From: a virus
Reading direction: 5' to 3' (one strand)
DNA: 64,000 nucleotides
IMG/VR virus record: IMGVR_UViG_3300036715_002535
Location: 47,837-111,836 of that record
The translations under genes were made by a program, and so were the position numbers. Numbering within the stretch: the stretch's first letter is position 1; every line of letters starts with the position of its first letter. Shown one piece after another: positions 10,774 to 23,197 of this stretch. Below the pieces are notes generated by a model that made no database searches, was not told where the DNA came from, and saw only the letters and a list, made by a program, of their open reading frames with translations.

Positions 10774-13700
10774 ATGAAAGCACTGAAGATCGAAAACGAA
10801 AAGTATTTCTTTGAGGTGGATGACTACGGTCTATTTTGCATGGATTCTAAAGGTGTAGTGTGCCCTGAGGAATCTGGCTTCCACGGTAGCATCCATAATC
10901 AATCAGATCGAATTGAACTGGCCCGCTTCCTCGCGGATGTTTCGTGTGCCTTGGCAACTCCTAAGAAGGGGAAATTAAATGTCTAACGATCGCGTTTTCG
11001 AATCGCACCCCTCGTACGGGATGATGGGTTTCTTTCGTACTCAGTCAAGCGGTCGTGGACCTCGGCTGTTCCAGTCGCATACCGACAACAGCACCTTCAT
11101 TCACCTGGTCATCAAGCAAGCCGAGGTGAGCCACTATCTCGGTCGAGACCGGGTCCACGGCAAGGAAGTGGTCGTGGACGTGGCTCTGTCGGCTTCTCAG
11201 TTCGCAGAGCTGCTCACCACCATGAACATGGGTGATGGAGTTCCCTGCACTATCACGAATATTGGTGGGAAGTCCATTCCGAATCCCCCGACCAGCGCTT
11301 CAGTGGCTGCGAAGGTTCGTTCCAACTTCCGTAAGGAAGTGCGGACCCAGATGGAAGGTCTGGAAAGTCTTCAGACCGAGATCGCTTCGATCTTGAGCAA
11401 GCCCAACATCCTGAAGACCGACAAGGAAAAGATCTCTTCGAAGATGACGGAGTTGATAAACCTGTTCAGCTCTCACGCTCCCTTCATGCTGGATTCGTTC
11501 GAGGAGGCTACGGAGAAGGTTGTCTCTTCTGGCAAGGCAGAGTTTGATGCCTTCCTGACTCACGCCATCAACAAGGCCGGTTTGGAAGCCTTCAAGAACA
11601 ATGCTCCTTCCCTGGCCATGGATGTGGAACCCATTCAGACCCTCGAGGAGAAGAAGTGAAGTGGTCTGTCTACTACCGAACACCAATTTCTTGGGGTTAC
11701 ATAGATGTCGTGGCCAGCTCGAAAGAAGCTGCCGAGGCTGAAGCCCTCAAGAAGAATCCCATGATCATCTACTCCAAGGCGTCTGAAGTATGAGGTTTCC
11801 AGTTGGGTGATCTATTCAATGCCGAACGAGGAGAAGGTCTCCTCATGAAAGTGGTTCGAAGCTTGATTGCGCTTTGCATCGCGATTTCTTTTGCAGGGGT
11901 GATGTCCTGCGTCCATTCTACTTTGGGGTTTCAATAATGCTTATCGAATCTCGCTTCGAACACAACCTTCCGGTAGGTCAGTGGAAGATGCTTCGCAAAC
12001 AGTTCTGTCACAATAATCCCAGGGTGACCGTTCGTATTGGGAGACGGTACGTCAATGTCTACGCGGACAACTTCGAAGCCTGCGAGGTTATGACCAATCT
12101 GATTCTGACTGCGCTTGCAGACTACACGAGGTAACAAATGAGAGATCTGGAATTCGAACTGAACATGGACCTCGTACGGCAGCGCGGGCTGACGGAGAAG
12201 GAGGTTCTTCATCTCTACGATCTGCACGAGGTTCGCGAGGAGCTATTCGAGCGCTTCGAGGCCACAGCCGATCGGGAAGAGCTACGGGAGTTGGTCAACA
12301 AGCTGGAGACCCTCGAGTTCGAGATGCAGGTCGCGTGGAGGTTCCCAGTGGACCGCAACTTCCACACCTGGTGGTACCGAGCGCCCAAGTGCCAGTGCCC
12401 TCAGATGGACAACATCGACGCCTTCGGCTCTGAACGCATCATCAACAAGCAGTGCCCTCTTCACGGGGATTGAAATGGAAATCGTTCGACCCACATCTGA
12501 CGACATCCAACGCGGTTGGGTCACCATGCCAGATGGCATCCACGCCTTCATTACCAGCGCCAGGGTGAAGTTCGATCGTTCGCAGAACACCTTCTGCAAG
12601 GAATGTGACTGCTACACCCTCCCGATCACTGCCATCTTCGAGAATGCTGACGGTACTGTGAATCCTCTCAACGGACGGTGAAGGTATGACCAAGAAACTT
12701 AACAACGATGTCATCGTCTACGTGAATGGAGTCATCTACAAACCCAGCGAGAACTACGCCTACCAGCTAATCTGTACGAAGACTAGTGGGTGGGAGCTAT
12801 TCACCCTGAAGGAGCTCAAGCACCTCGTGCGGCTCCTCGAACCCCTGGAAGAAGCTGGCACACTCAACGTCCCCGGCCTCGCGACCCTGAACGGCGCACG
12901 GAAGGCCATCACCGAGGCGGAGGCCAAGTAACTATGGCAAAATTGAAGTACATCAACTTCGAACACATCGGTCTGGTCATTTTCGAGACGGCCATCGGCC
13001 ACGATACCATGAAGCAGCTCGTTGGTCATACTGCCATCTCCGCGGGTTTCTGCCAGTTCCCTCATAAGGATGAATGCGGAAACGAAGCCTCGTGCTTTGG
13101 AGAATCTGTTTCCCTGAAACTCAAAGCAACAGACGAGGATACCAAGCTCCTCCAAAGGCGCCTCAACCCTTACGGTTGGTAGGAATTTCGGGTTTCCATT
13201 AAGAGGTGTTTATGGTCTGGCTGGAGCACGCATTCGATCTCGAAGATGCGAAGAAGAAGTTCTTCGAAGCTCGGGAAGCATACATCAAGGCCAAGGACTC
13301 TCCGGTCAACAAGCCCAACTACGTGCTGGATCTTCAGGAAACCGAAGAGAAGATGAAGCTGCAGTACGAAGAACTGCAGAAGTGGAAGAACAAGAAACCC
13401 CTGACCTTTGATGTCCTGGGTCAGCTTCGACAGAATGCCCTTTCGCACCCAGATCCCAAGGTTCGAGCCAACTGTCAGATGGCAATGGCAAGTGTGGCAC
13501 AAGAAATTCTGAAGTCCAAGCCTCAGAGCTTCCAGGACGCAATCAAGATCCGAACCGACATCGGAATGCTTCACCTGATGAACCTGGGCAAGACCTGGGA
13601 AGAGATCGAAGCCAGTGCAACCGAACCGAAAGACAAGATCCTCATATTCATACGTAACTTCATCGTGAAATGTTCGGAGGAGTTCAAGAAGGACGATCCG

Positions 13701-13790
13701 AACTTCGAACTGACACCTCCCCTTGAAATTGCAATCATCGAACGTATGGCAGCGGATCCAGAACTACTTCAAATCACCCTCAATCGCTAA
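10774..13790 (+). other. Operon of hypothetical phage ORFs (including 10979-11659, 12138-12473, 13206-13790)
   Basis: Coupled ORFs downstream of a class A promoter; no confident family. Confidence 0.6.
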
Positions 13791-13801
13791 AGGAGCGGAT
13801 C

Positions 13802-14179
13802 ATGAAGGTCTTTCTCATCATCCTCGGAGTGCTGGTTGCCCTCGTGGGTCTGCCCTGGCTGATCCAGGGAAACGACTTCTACCTCACCAAGATGTTCGCA
13901 CCCAAGATGGAACAGGTCCGGTACGACACCTTCAAGCAGAGCAAGAGCCACATCGAAGGCAACATAGATGATCTGCGCCAGGACTACCGCATCTGGATCA
14001 AGGGTGATGCCGAACAGCGTTCCATGATCCGGACCGGAGTGATCCAGAAGATGGACAAGATCGACGAGAAGACCCTTCCGTCTGATCTGTACGAGTGGGT
14101 CCAGAAGCTCCGTCAGGAACCCACCGGTCTCGGCCAGATCAAGCCGAACCCGGTCAAGCCTCTTCAGAAGGTGCAGTAA
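13802..14179 (+). CDS. Membrane-anchored protein
   Basis: N-terminal hydrophobic helix, SD AGGAG. Confidence 0.65.
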   Translation: MKVFLIILGVLVALVGLPWLIQGNDFYLTKMFAPKMEQVRYDTFKQSKSHIEGNIDDLRQDYRIWIKGDAEQRSMIRTGVIQKMDKIDEKTLPSDLYEWVQKLRQEPTGLGQIKPNPVKPLQKVQ

Positions 14180-14691
14180 TGCGTAAGGCCATTCCCCTTC
14201 GTTGCCTCACCTTCCTCCTGATCTATGGACTGGGTGTTCTGACCATCGGCTGTACCCAAACGGCAGATTCAAAAGAGCGGGACATTCAAGAAGACATCCA
14301 GGCCCAGCTCTCAGCCAAGATGGGTCTCCCCTCGGTCAAGAATGGCGCCGAGATGCGTCTGATGAATCGCATCATCGAACAGCGGGATCAGAACAAGGCC
14401 ACCTACACCTACGTGTGGTGCACCATGCAGGGCAAGTTCCGCTTCGTGGGCAATACGGTCGGCTTCCCAGTCCCCTATGCCACGCAGAGAACCAACCCCA
14501 TGAAAGCCAGTAGCAATGGGTATGCGCTCCCTCAAGCCGACCCCAGTGGCCTGTTTTACCCGGCTAGCGCCGAAGGAACCTGGATTCTGATGAAGGATCC
14601 CAACGGTAAAGATGTTGATCCTCAGTACTTCGAGGAACGGATGAACACCCTCACCTTCAAACTGCCTCCCCGGCTTGTCATTCAGGACTGA
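14179..14691 (+). CDS. Putative lipoprotein
   Basis: Signal peptide ending LTIGC (lipobox-like); PYATQRTNP...LPQADPSGLF..SAEGTW. Confidence 0.65.
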   Translation: MRKAIPLRCLTFLLIYGLGVLTIGCTQTADSKERDIQEDIQAQLSAKMGLPSVKNGAEMRLMNRIIEQRDQNKATYTYVWCTMQGKFRFVGNTVGFPVPYATQRTNPMKASSNGYALPQADPSGLFYPASAEGTWILMKDPNGKDVDPQYFEERMNTLTFKLPPRLVIQD

Positions 14692-14895
14692 TCCTGATGT
14701 CAAGAAGGTTCTGGACTTCAATCTGAATACCCCTGTCGAGCTAACTGAGGAAACGAAGTTGGTGGATCTGCAGATGGATAGTCTGGACGACTTGGAAATG
14801 GTCATGGCCCTCGAAGAGAGGTTCGACATTCAGGTAGACGATCGGGATATAGAGAAGTTCGGGACGTAGTGAACTGTCTTGCAAAACTCACTTGA
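14675..14895 (+). pseudogene. Acyl carrier protein, start and C-terminus disrupted
   Basis: LQMDSLDDLEMVMALEERFDIQVDD phosphopantetheine motif; final helix DVVNCLAKLT lies in another frame. Confidence 0.75.
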
Positions 14896-14909
14896 CAATT
14901 AAATTGTCA
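14891..14909 (+). promoter_or_regulatory. Class A promoter, truncated variant
   Basis: cttgacaattaaattgtca with no TATATT. Confidence 0.5.
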
Positions 14910-15382
14910 TCCGTGGAGGATCCAATCATGGTATCCAGCAACAAGCGTGGTGTGATCGTACTGAATGAGAAGTACGGCACACGTTACATCGAAGCGGATA
15001 CTCCGGAACAGAAAGGTGAGGCAGCTTGCCGAATCATTCGTGAACGCATCACCAACAAGTGGTACGATGAGCACGAAGTTGAAATGGCGAAGATGGTTCT
15101 TGACCTGGTCGATGTCGAGAAGCGCTATGCCCGTGCCTGGTCCTTCCTGAGCAAGCGAAATGGGTACGAGTACGAGGGAATCGAAATTGTTTTTCTCGAA
15201 ACGGCATCGGGGGAATGATGTATCCCATGACCAGATTCCAGCAACGGTTGCTCAAGCGCATCTGTCGGAGACTGGTCGTACAAGGACCGGACCATCAGAA
15301 GAACATCATCATCAGATCATGGACCAAGCTGCCAAAGAGCAGTTCACAGAAGACAATGTCCCCACCCTGAGAGGGTTCCTAC

Positions 15383-15829
15383 ATGAGTGTTTCATCCATA
15401 CGTGAGAAGGTCCTCGAAGTTCTGAAGGATGGTCGTTATCGAACCACCGCTGGAGTGTGGTACGATGGTAGGTTTCTCCCGCTCTTCCAACCAGCAGACA
15501 TTCGCATTGAATTAAATCTGATGGTTGATGAGGGACTAATCTCAAAGGTTCGGGATAACTTCATCGCCTACTTCTACATTCCCCAACCAGAGAAGCCCAA
15601 GAAAGTTCAGATCACCATCGCTGGCCTCACTGGATCCGGCAAGACCATCGTGGGGGCGATCATCGAGAAAGCACTCCGTGAAGCTGGGATCCAGGTTCAA
15701 CCTTTCGTTTCCAAGGATGGAGATCAGGACTTCAAGAGGGATCTCCTCGAGGATGAGAGGATGAAAGAAGTCCTCCCCACTATCTCTGTGGTTATCGAAG
15801 AGAATCAGCTTCATAAGGGTCCTCAGTGA
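15383..15829 (+). CDS. Possible winged-helix plus P-loop protein
   Basis: ITIAGLTGSGKT Walker A; N-terminal helix...LMVDEGLISKV. Confidence 0.5.
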   Translation: MSVSSIREKVLEVLKDGRYRTTAGVWYDGRFLPLFQPADIRIELNLMVDEGLISKVRDNFIAYFYIPQPEKPKKVQITIAGLTGSGKTIVGAIIEKALREAGIQVQPFVSKDGDQDFKRDLLEDERMKEVLPTISVVIEENQLHKGPQ

Positions 15830-16307
15830 ACAAGCACCTTTCCGCAGATGTAGTCTGGTGGCTACACGGAAAACCCATCTACGTTGATGGGGTTCAGATC
15901 GCGGAAGTGATTCGTAGTGCGGGTCACTTTACAATCCGTAACCTTCGTCCGAATGGTACAACTGGTGTCTGCTATACATCCAACACCAAGGAGGAGCTTC
16001 GTGGTTGGCTCGACAGCAACTATCCTGGTTGGAGTCAAGAGAAATGACCTTCGCAGAGTTAGTTACCACTCAAACCTGTTGTGGTTCCGCTCTCGAGGCC
16101 TAAGCGCTCTTCGACAACAGAGATCACTTTAGAACGAGATTCGTAAGGTCCAATCATCTTATCCTTCACGACCCCGAACCAGTTCCCATTCTTGAAGTTG
16201 ATCATCGCAACGGTATAGTTCTTGGTCATATCGACCAAGAATGAAATCGGTGCCCCGATGGAGTCGTTCCAACGATACCTCATAAATTCATTATAGCGGC
16301 ATTTCAT

Positions 16308-16337
16308 CCTTGACGATTAAATTGTCAAGGGTATATT
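16308..16337 (+). promoter_or_regulatory. Palindromic promoter, class A
   Basis: ccttgacgattaaattgtcaagggtatatt. Confidence 0.85.
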
Positions 16338-16751
16338 GGTAGGTGGGAGGTTCTACTTTGGATACCACAACAGATCTTGAAGTCATCCGCAAGAACGAGA
16401 ACGCTTTCACGTGGGGATACGTTCTGGAAATCTGGGACATGGGTCCCTACACGATCGTGAAGTATCGGGACCAGAAGAACGTTGCTGGCACCACGCCAAA
16501 GCTCGTTGCGAAATCCGTTAAGCATCAGCATCAGATCCTGTACGCACCTTACTTCGATGGCAAGCGGATTCCTTCTTCGTACGCCTGCCTCGAGGATGCA
16601 ATGATCGGTGCGATCTCCCACGTGCAGGGCTACGAGAGAACCTCGAACAGCGCCCAGCACTTCATTTCCAACATGCTTCAGCTCGACGAGAGACCTGTCG
16701 AATACGAGACCTGGTGATGTTGACCTTCCGCTTCCTTTACAAGGACTACAA

Positions 16752-16955
16752 ATGAGCAACCCTATCGTCACAGCAGATTCCCGTCGTCGTATCACCCTCG
16801 GCAACCTGGAGCCCAACAGCTTCGTGGAGATGGAGATTCTGGAAAACGGCCAGATCCACCTTACACCAGTTGAACTGATCCCCAAGCATCTGATTCAGAA
16901 GGGCCAGATGATCGAGGACGGCACTCCTTGCAGAATCATCCACGAGAAGTCTTGA
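16752..16955 (+). CDS. AbrB/MazE-like DNA-binding protein
   Basis: VTADSRRRITLG...ILENGQIHLTPV swapped-hairpin pattern. Confidence 0.55.
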   Translation: MSNPIVTADSRRRITLGNLEPNSFVEMEILENGQIHLTPVELIPKHLIQKGQMIEDGTPCRIIHEKS

Positions 16956-18136
16956 GGTATCTTCTGGCCTTTGGTCCTTTACAATTGAGGTTCCTATGCG
17001 GGTTAATACAACTACTTTGATGTTCGAAGACATAACTGCCCAGGAAGCCCTGTCGCTTCGTGAAGCGATTGTACCACTGATTCTGAATGGTACGATCTCA
17101 GAACAGGCCAGAATCTACTTTGAACATTGGCGAACCGAGCTTGGATACGATGATCGGCAGGGACTGCTCTTGATGTCCACCGCTTTTCCTCAGAGGGTCC
17201 TTCTCTCTCTTCTGCAATACCACGAGGGGATATGAACTACGCTTTTCGCATCAAGCTCAAAGGTAGTGATCAGTTCTCCTACCTTATGATTCCTTCTTTC
17301 TGCGATCGAGGAGTCAGTCCAGAACCTGGGGTGTTTATCGAAGCGGATCAAATCGAAGCGATCCAGTATCAAGATCTAGAAGTGCCCACGATCATGCGTA
17401 GAAAAATGGGAGAGTTGGCTTGGTCCGATATCTCCCTCGGAGAAATTGGAACGCTGTTCGAACAGCAAGCGGAACAAAGGAGACTTACTTCATGACCACA
17501 ACCAAGGACCCACAAGAGCAGTATCTCAAGCTCATTGGCATCATCGACCAGGCTCGGTACCCTGGAGAGTCTTCCATTGATTGCCTGAATCGAATCATCG
17601 TGGGTGATGGTTACAACATCAACGTTCGAATGAACAACAACATCTCCCAGGGGGAACTCCGTACAATGAAGGGGTGGCTGTGGCAGGCAATCGAGAAGGC
17701 GGATGCCCCTCAGGTTCCACCTCCAGTCCCGAACCCTCTCCGCGAGTCCCTCATCCTGGCTTACAAGCTTGGTTCAGATGGGATTCTTCCAACGGAAGAG
17801 ATTCTTCAGCGCTGGCTCAATCTCGTCAACCCCTGAGGTCCCAATGAACAAAGAAGCGATTGATGCCTTGGATGAATGCCACCAGTGCCGTCATAACCCC
17901 TTTGGCCTCTGCCCTCAAGGTGCTAAGCTGATCTTAGCCACGCAGAAAGAACCGGAGAAGAGGAAATGACCGCGGAACTTCTGAGCGACAAGGACTAAGA
18001 CGCCCTTCAAGTAATCGACATCGAGAACGCTGGCGCCCTAGCACAAATCTTCAATCGTAATGGAATGGCGATGGACCGTCTGCCCTCTGTGTCACGTGGA
18101 TGACTTTACTCACGTAGAAGGTTGCAAGCTCTACCG

Positions 18137-18520
18137 CTAGAATTTCTGGTTGTGAAGATACAAAGCGAAAGCTTTGTCTTCTTGATCAATGTGTTCAACC
18201 AACCACTCGATCAACCATTCAATCGTTTTCTCTTCTAGATTCTCTGTATGAATCAACGCGAGTTTTGCTTTCATTCCCTGATGCAGAAGAACATGTTTCG
18301 TTAAGTCCGGGAACTTAGCACGTTTCATCATTTCTTCTTCAAGAAGGAAATGTTCTTTTGTGTAGTCATTCAGAAATTTTAACAGTCCAGGAATATCCGT
18401 ATTTGCGTGAATATGGACTGCGTTGAATAATCTCTCGACATGACCAAATAATTCTCTATGTTGAGTATCGATATCCTCAATAAAAGTATCCCACTCTGGT
18501 CGCCAGGAGAGTTCAATCAT
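18137..18520 (-). CDS. Bacteriohemerythrin
   Basis: IDTQHRELF, HFLLEE, HVLLH, WLVEHIDQED. Confidence 0.9.
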   Translation of the reverse strand: MIELSWRPEWDTFIEDIDTQHRELFGHVERLFNAVHIHANTDIPGLLKFLNDYTKEHFLLEEEMMKRAKFPDLTKHVLLHQGMKAKLALIHTENLEEKTIEWLIEWLVEHIDQEDKAFALYLHNQKF

Positions 18521-18918
18521 ACCTTAAAGATCTTTCTGACAGCCTTTTGAACTGCCGTGGAAAGTTCCTTGGGAACCTTCAAGTCAATGAGGGCATCCAG
18601 GATCAGGGTATCCCACTCGTCCGGGCTACCATCAGTATCCCCGATGTGCTTCTCTACGCGCTCCACCACTTTCTTTGCCCAGACATCCGCAGGAGTAACC
18701 TTTGGAGTCTTGGGAGTGACTACGCGGAGGGTACCAGAGGGCATAGTGAACTCACCCAGTCCACCCTCAATAGGCTTCAATCGAAGCTTGCCATCTGGCT
18801 TGACTTCGAGAACCTCGTATTGTACTTTCGTACCTGGCTGGGAAACAATGTCACCCACCTCGAAAACTTCGGGACCGCGCTTCTTGGCGGCTACTTTTGC
18901 GATGACATGAATCTTCAT
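18517..18918 (-). CDS. KLRIxA-leader protein (MKIHVIAKVAAKK), SH3-like body possible
   Basis: Leader motif; upstream GGTTAAGAAATA. Confidence 0.6.
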   Translation of the reverse strand: MKIHVIAKVAAKKRGPEVFEVGDIVSQPGTKVQYEVLEVKPDGKLRLKPIEGGLGEFTMPSGTLRVVTPKTPKVTPADVWAKKVVERVEKHIGDTDGSPDEWDTLILDALIDLKVPKELSTAVQKAVRKIFKV

Positions 18919-19416
18919 TCGAACTACCCCTTATTTCTTAACCCCGTGGACCCTCAGATTTGATAGTCGTACCGTAGATGTTGAACTTCTCGCTCAACAC
19001 TGGAATCGTAGTTTTTCTTCGAAGCCTCATCTTATTCCCCGAAAGAAGGTCGTTGGTCTTTCCAGTAAGATTCCGGGATAGCATCAGGATCGCAATCACG
19101 ACCATTTCGAACCGCCGGCTCACCACAACCCTCCTCTTTACAAATAGAACTCGAGATCCGGAATTTCATAGTTCACCTTAGAAAATTATAAGGTCAACTC
19201 TTCTTTCTTATTTCGGTCCATCAACCACTTAATCACTCCAAAAAGAGCTGCCCAACCACCATACTCCTTCACCAAACGGGTGATTGAGATCTTCCTTGCA
19301 GAAGATCTCAGTTCCAATCACTACAGGGGTGATGGGTCGATCACGTTCAATGATTCGATGGGTGGCAAAAACTTGACCCAACGAACTCACTGCCACGTAG
19401 TCCCTTCGATGCTTGA

Positions 19417-20028
19417 TCACTTGCACCCTTCATCCGTCATGTCGCTAGACATGAAGTCGGAAAGAGTTCCATCATGTTCGATTGCTCGATTGACCAGGTA
19501 AGGACCTTCCAGTTCACGAATGGTGTTACGAAGGATGGTTTCGAGCTGACCGCCGATCTTAAATCTGGGTACGTGGACATCCAAACTCTTTCGGATGTCT
19601 CCATCTTTGTAACGCTTGGTAGAAGCCATCCAATCGCACATCATCTCGATCAGATCAATGAGGGACATCCCATCAATTCCATCCGTATAGTGTTCCGGAT
19701 GGTGAAGATTGCAGCGGTAGTGGTGATCTATGGCCGGCTTCATGGCGTCTAGGAACGCTTGATACTCTGGGGATCCGTATGACACACCGGAAGCCAGATG
19801 CGTGTATTTTGCGAAGTATGGGAGCTCTGGGTCGTAGAGTTTGGACCTGTCATGGGTCTGGGCACGAAAGTTCAGGCGCTCGGTCACATTGGCGATGAGA
19901 CCCTTTACCAGCTCGATGTGCTCGAGGGTAGCGCGGTTGGTGATCTTCTCCTCATGGATCAATTCGCGACCAACCGAAGATCTTGGAATGGTCTGAAAGT
20001 CCGGTCCGGTGCTATGAAGCTTCGCCAT
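19417..20028 (-). CDS. DUF5662-like (HD-related) protein
   Basis: H...HDRSK...HHYRCNLHHPEHY...LIEMMCDW. Confidence 0.7.
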   Translation of the reverse strand: MAKLHSTGPDFQTIPRSSVGRELIHEEKITNRATLEHIELVKGLIANVTERLNFRAQTHDRSKLYDPELPYFAKYTHLASGVSYGSPEYQAFLDAMKPAIDHHYRCNLHHPEHYTDGIDGMSLIDLIEMMCDWMASTKRYKDGDIRKSLDVHVPRFKIGGQLETILRNTIRELEGPYLVNRAIEHDGTLSDFMSSDMTDEGCK

Positions 20029-22219
20029 CACTGATCCTTCCAGAAGTAGTAGGTCATCGCGGAACCAAACCCCCAGAAGATCGTTGTGACCCACTGACGG
20101 AAGGTCCAGGCTCGATCCGTATAGGTACGACCGATCCAGTTTTCCAGATGGCGGAAGACCGGAAAGATCTTCCACATAAGCCATCCGAAGAGAAACCCAA
20201 GGAGTAACGCGATGATCTCGCGCTGGTAGCGCTTCAAGAAATTACTCCGCACAGACCCTCCACTTCTTCTCGAAGGTCTTCCAGGTAACCCAACCGGTCC
20301 AGAAGCCATAGTCCATGACCTTGACCTTGGTTCCCTTGACCTCGAGAACCTTACAGAGCCGACCATTCGGATTTCTCTGTACGTACTTACCCACCAGGTT
20401 TTTCATCTATTCCACTTGGCTTTCCAGTCACCTTTGAATTCCTCGACTTCCATCCTGGCGCCTTCGACCGCTCCATAAAAGAAGCGGAAGAAGATCACTG
20501 GTAAGTACCAGATGAGGAGCCAGACCAGATGGTGGACTTGAGAAAGTCTCCTCGAAGGATGTCACCCTTCTTGGGAATTTGTTCCTTCCAACCAGTCACG
20601 TGGAACTTGGTCTTGTCCGTGAGGTTGGCGAAGATTGTTTCATCGTTCCACTGGATTCGGTCACCCCAACCGCCACCGATTGTGAAAGGGTTTTCCATGG
20701 TTCCGAACATCAGAAGCCTCCAGTGATTATTTCTTCCGCCTGCTGATCTCCATGTTGCAATCGAACGGATGCGATTGCCTCAACCCATCTGGAAGGGTAC
20801 CTTTCTGGAACATCGTCGCACCGGGAGACCTTCTTCTCCGCTTCTTTTCGACCCATTTCATATTCGTCGATGCAGAGAAGTATGGCTTCTTCCTCGGTCA
20901 TTTCGAAGTGAGTGAAGTGATCCACAACTTCCGAAAATCTCGCGATCTTTCTGTTGGGTTGACGAACGAATCTCCAACCCATCAGAACCTCTTATCTTTC
21001 TTTTTGTCTTTCTTCTCTTTCTCTTTGTCCTTGAGGGCTTCTTGAATTGCAGCAGGACCAACGATGGTGGTGACCGCAGTCAACCCTTCAGCAACTGCGT
21101 AGAAAAGAGAAAGTAAGGGAAACGCCATGTTACTCCTCCACGATCATGAAGTAGGGCATACCACCAGGTAACGCAGACCACATCTCACGAGGCATGAGAA
21201 TCCTGGCTTGTCCAGAAGCAACTCCCAGACATAGGAGCTCATCCACATTGACATGCTCACCCCACTGCTCCTCGAACCGATCCACGCACGCCTGAAGGAA
21301 AGACCACCCACCACCGGACTTCTGGCGGAAGGTCTCAGGGAGCTCCATCAGTAGAGCTTTGATCTTGCCAGAGTTCTCCTTGAGACGGCCCGGATGAAAA
21401 CCCACGTGAGCCATCACCCCATGAGCTTCCACGAATCCTTCTGGTGGTTGACCATCGGTCAACTCCTCGTCACGGAACAGGCAGTCCATGAAAACGCTGT
21501 GAACGGCTTTAGCGGTTAGCTTTGGCATCGTTGGATTCTTCGATTGAGCATCTGCGAGGATCTGGGATTCAGTCAGTTCGTCGCTCATTTGACCTTCTCC
21601 AGAAACTCATCGACTATGACCATTAGCACGAGGGTGATGCCCACCCCGATCCAGCCATTGGCATCACTTCCGGTGTTGTGTCCAATGGCACAACTGATGA
21701 AGAGACCACCGAAGAAAAAGAGAAACTTGTTAAGGTCTGTCATTTCGCCTCCGAGACTTCGATAGAATCAACATACCAGGAATTCTTCTGCACTTCTGGG
21801 TGGAACTTCTCGAACAGGTCCGCAGCGCAATGCCGAGCGAAGTAGGTCTCAGAAGACTCCACTTCGTACTCAGCAAGGGTCTTCTTGGTCTCGCGATCAA
21901 TGACCACGCACAGGAACTTGATCACTTCTTCACCCGCAGATACTTGAACTCAGGATGCTGATCTTTCGCCTTCTGCACTAGAGGAAGACCGTTGGCCACC
22001 CGCAGGACCTCGTTCCGATCTTCCTCGGACATGGATTCCGGAAAACCGGGATCCCAGGAACCATCCGGGCGGGAAGAAGGCCACTCAGGGATTTGGTCGT
22101 ACCCACGCCTCTTGCATTCATCGCGGAAGCGCTTACGTGCATCCTTGTCCGGCATATCGATGTAAATGGTGCTCACTTGAGACTCCAACCGTAACCAGGT
22201 TCCTCGGGACGAAGGATGG

Positions 22220-22404
22220 TCAGACCATCCGAAGTTGTTTCCACTGCAGAGCCAGGAGATGAAGAAGGTCCTGTTCGTAGTGAATCTTGCACAGGAGATC
22301 GCAGAACTTATGCTCGCCTACCATCGAGCCACTTGCCGGGCATTCCTTGCCGCAGTAGGCGCATGGTCGACGGTCAGCTTGGCATCCCGCAGCACCTGTT
22401 CCAT
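22220..22404 (-). pseudogene. Small zinc-finger ORF with apparent 1-nt frameshift
   Basis: MEQVLRDAKLTVDH then CAYCGKEC...KFCDLLC in another frame. Confidence 0.45.
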
Positions 22405-22731
22405 GTTAGTTCCACACTTTCTGGATGGTACGACGAACGATTTCGGTCTGGCTCTGAGCGACGGCCAACTCCCTGCCATCCCAGAGGGAACGAGCGACCC
22501 AGCGGCAACGACCTTCGTGGTGAATGACCGCAGCGGTCCCATTGCTCGGAAGGGACAGACCTTTGTGGTTGTCAGGGTTCAGCCAGAGATTGAACGTGTT
22601 GGCGTCCCGGCTCGGCTTGAGCTTGTAGTTGACCTGCCTCTGGTGCATCACAAGGCGCAGAGTGATCTCCTCCTGCTCCGTGTTGCGGTTGTGAGGTCGA
22701 CTGGTTCCAAGCATAGTTCCCTCCACCTACC

Positions 22732-22761
22732 AATATACCCTTGACAATTAAATCGTCAAGG
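22732..22761 (-). promoter_or_regulatory. Palindromic promoter, class A
   Basis: aatatacccttgacaattaaatcgtcaagg on + strand. Confidence 0.85.
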
Positions 22762-22936
22762 TGGAATTCCGGATTACTTCCGATACCACCTAAGAAATTC
22801 TTCCTTCAGGCGACGCGGTATGATCCGAATGTGGGTGGCCGAAAGCCTCTTCCACCAGCTGAAGTGTCTTCGACGCTCTCTTCCAGAACGACGGTTCCAG
22901 ATATCGCAACGTTGAAGATGATCTTTCCCTTCGATA

Positions 22937-23197
22937 TCATGGATGGATCTGAGTGTGGGTGAAAATACAAGTACCAGGTTTCAGCAAACTGGAGTCCTCA
23001 TTGTTCATCACATATAGGATGGTGACCGGTCCGCAGGAACGTCCTGTTAGCTTGCCGCCTGGATCGCACTCATGGAAGGTGACCTGATCCCCCGCGGTAA
23101 ACGCTCGGTCCGCAGTAGAGCGAAGCTCCCACGGCTTGAGGTCCGTCGCCTTCATATCGTACCACTTGGGATGAACTCTCAGTTGATGGTGAAGCAT
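22937..23197 (-). CDS. ASCH/DUF3850 domain protein
   Basis: HQLRVHPKWY...KPWELR..DRAFTAGD...LTGR. Confidence 0.75.
   Translation of the reverse strand: MLHHQLRVHPKWYDMKATDLKPWELRSTADRAFTAGDQVTFHECDPGGKLTGRSCGPVTILYVMNNEDSSLLKPGTCIFTHTQIHP

Noticed and set aside
19417-20028. MAKLHSTG as a member of the leader family
   Set aside because: Lacks the [IV]-x-A part and the class B upstream motif; it is an ordinary operon gene
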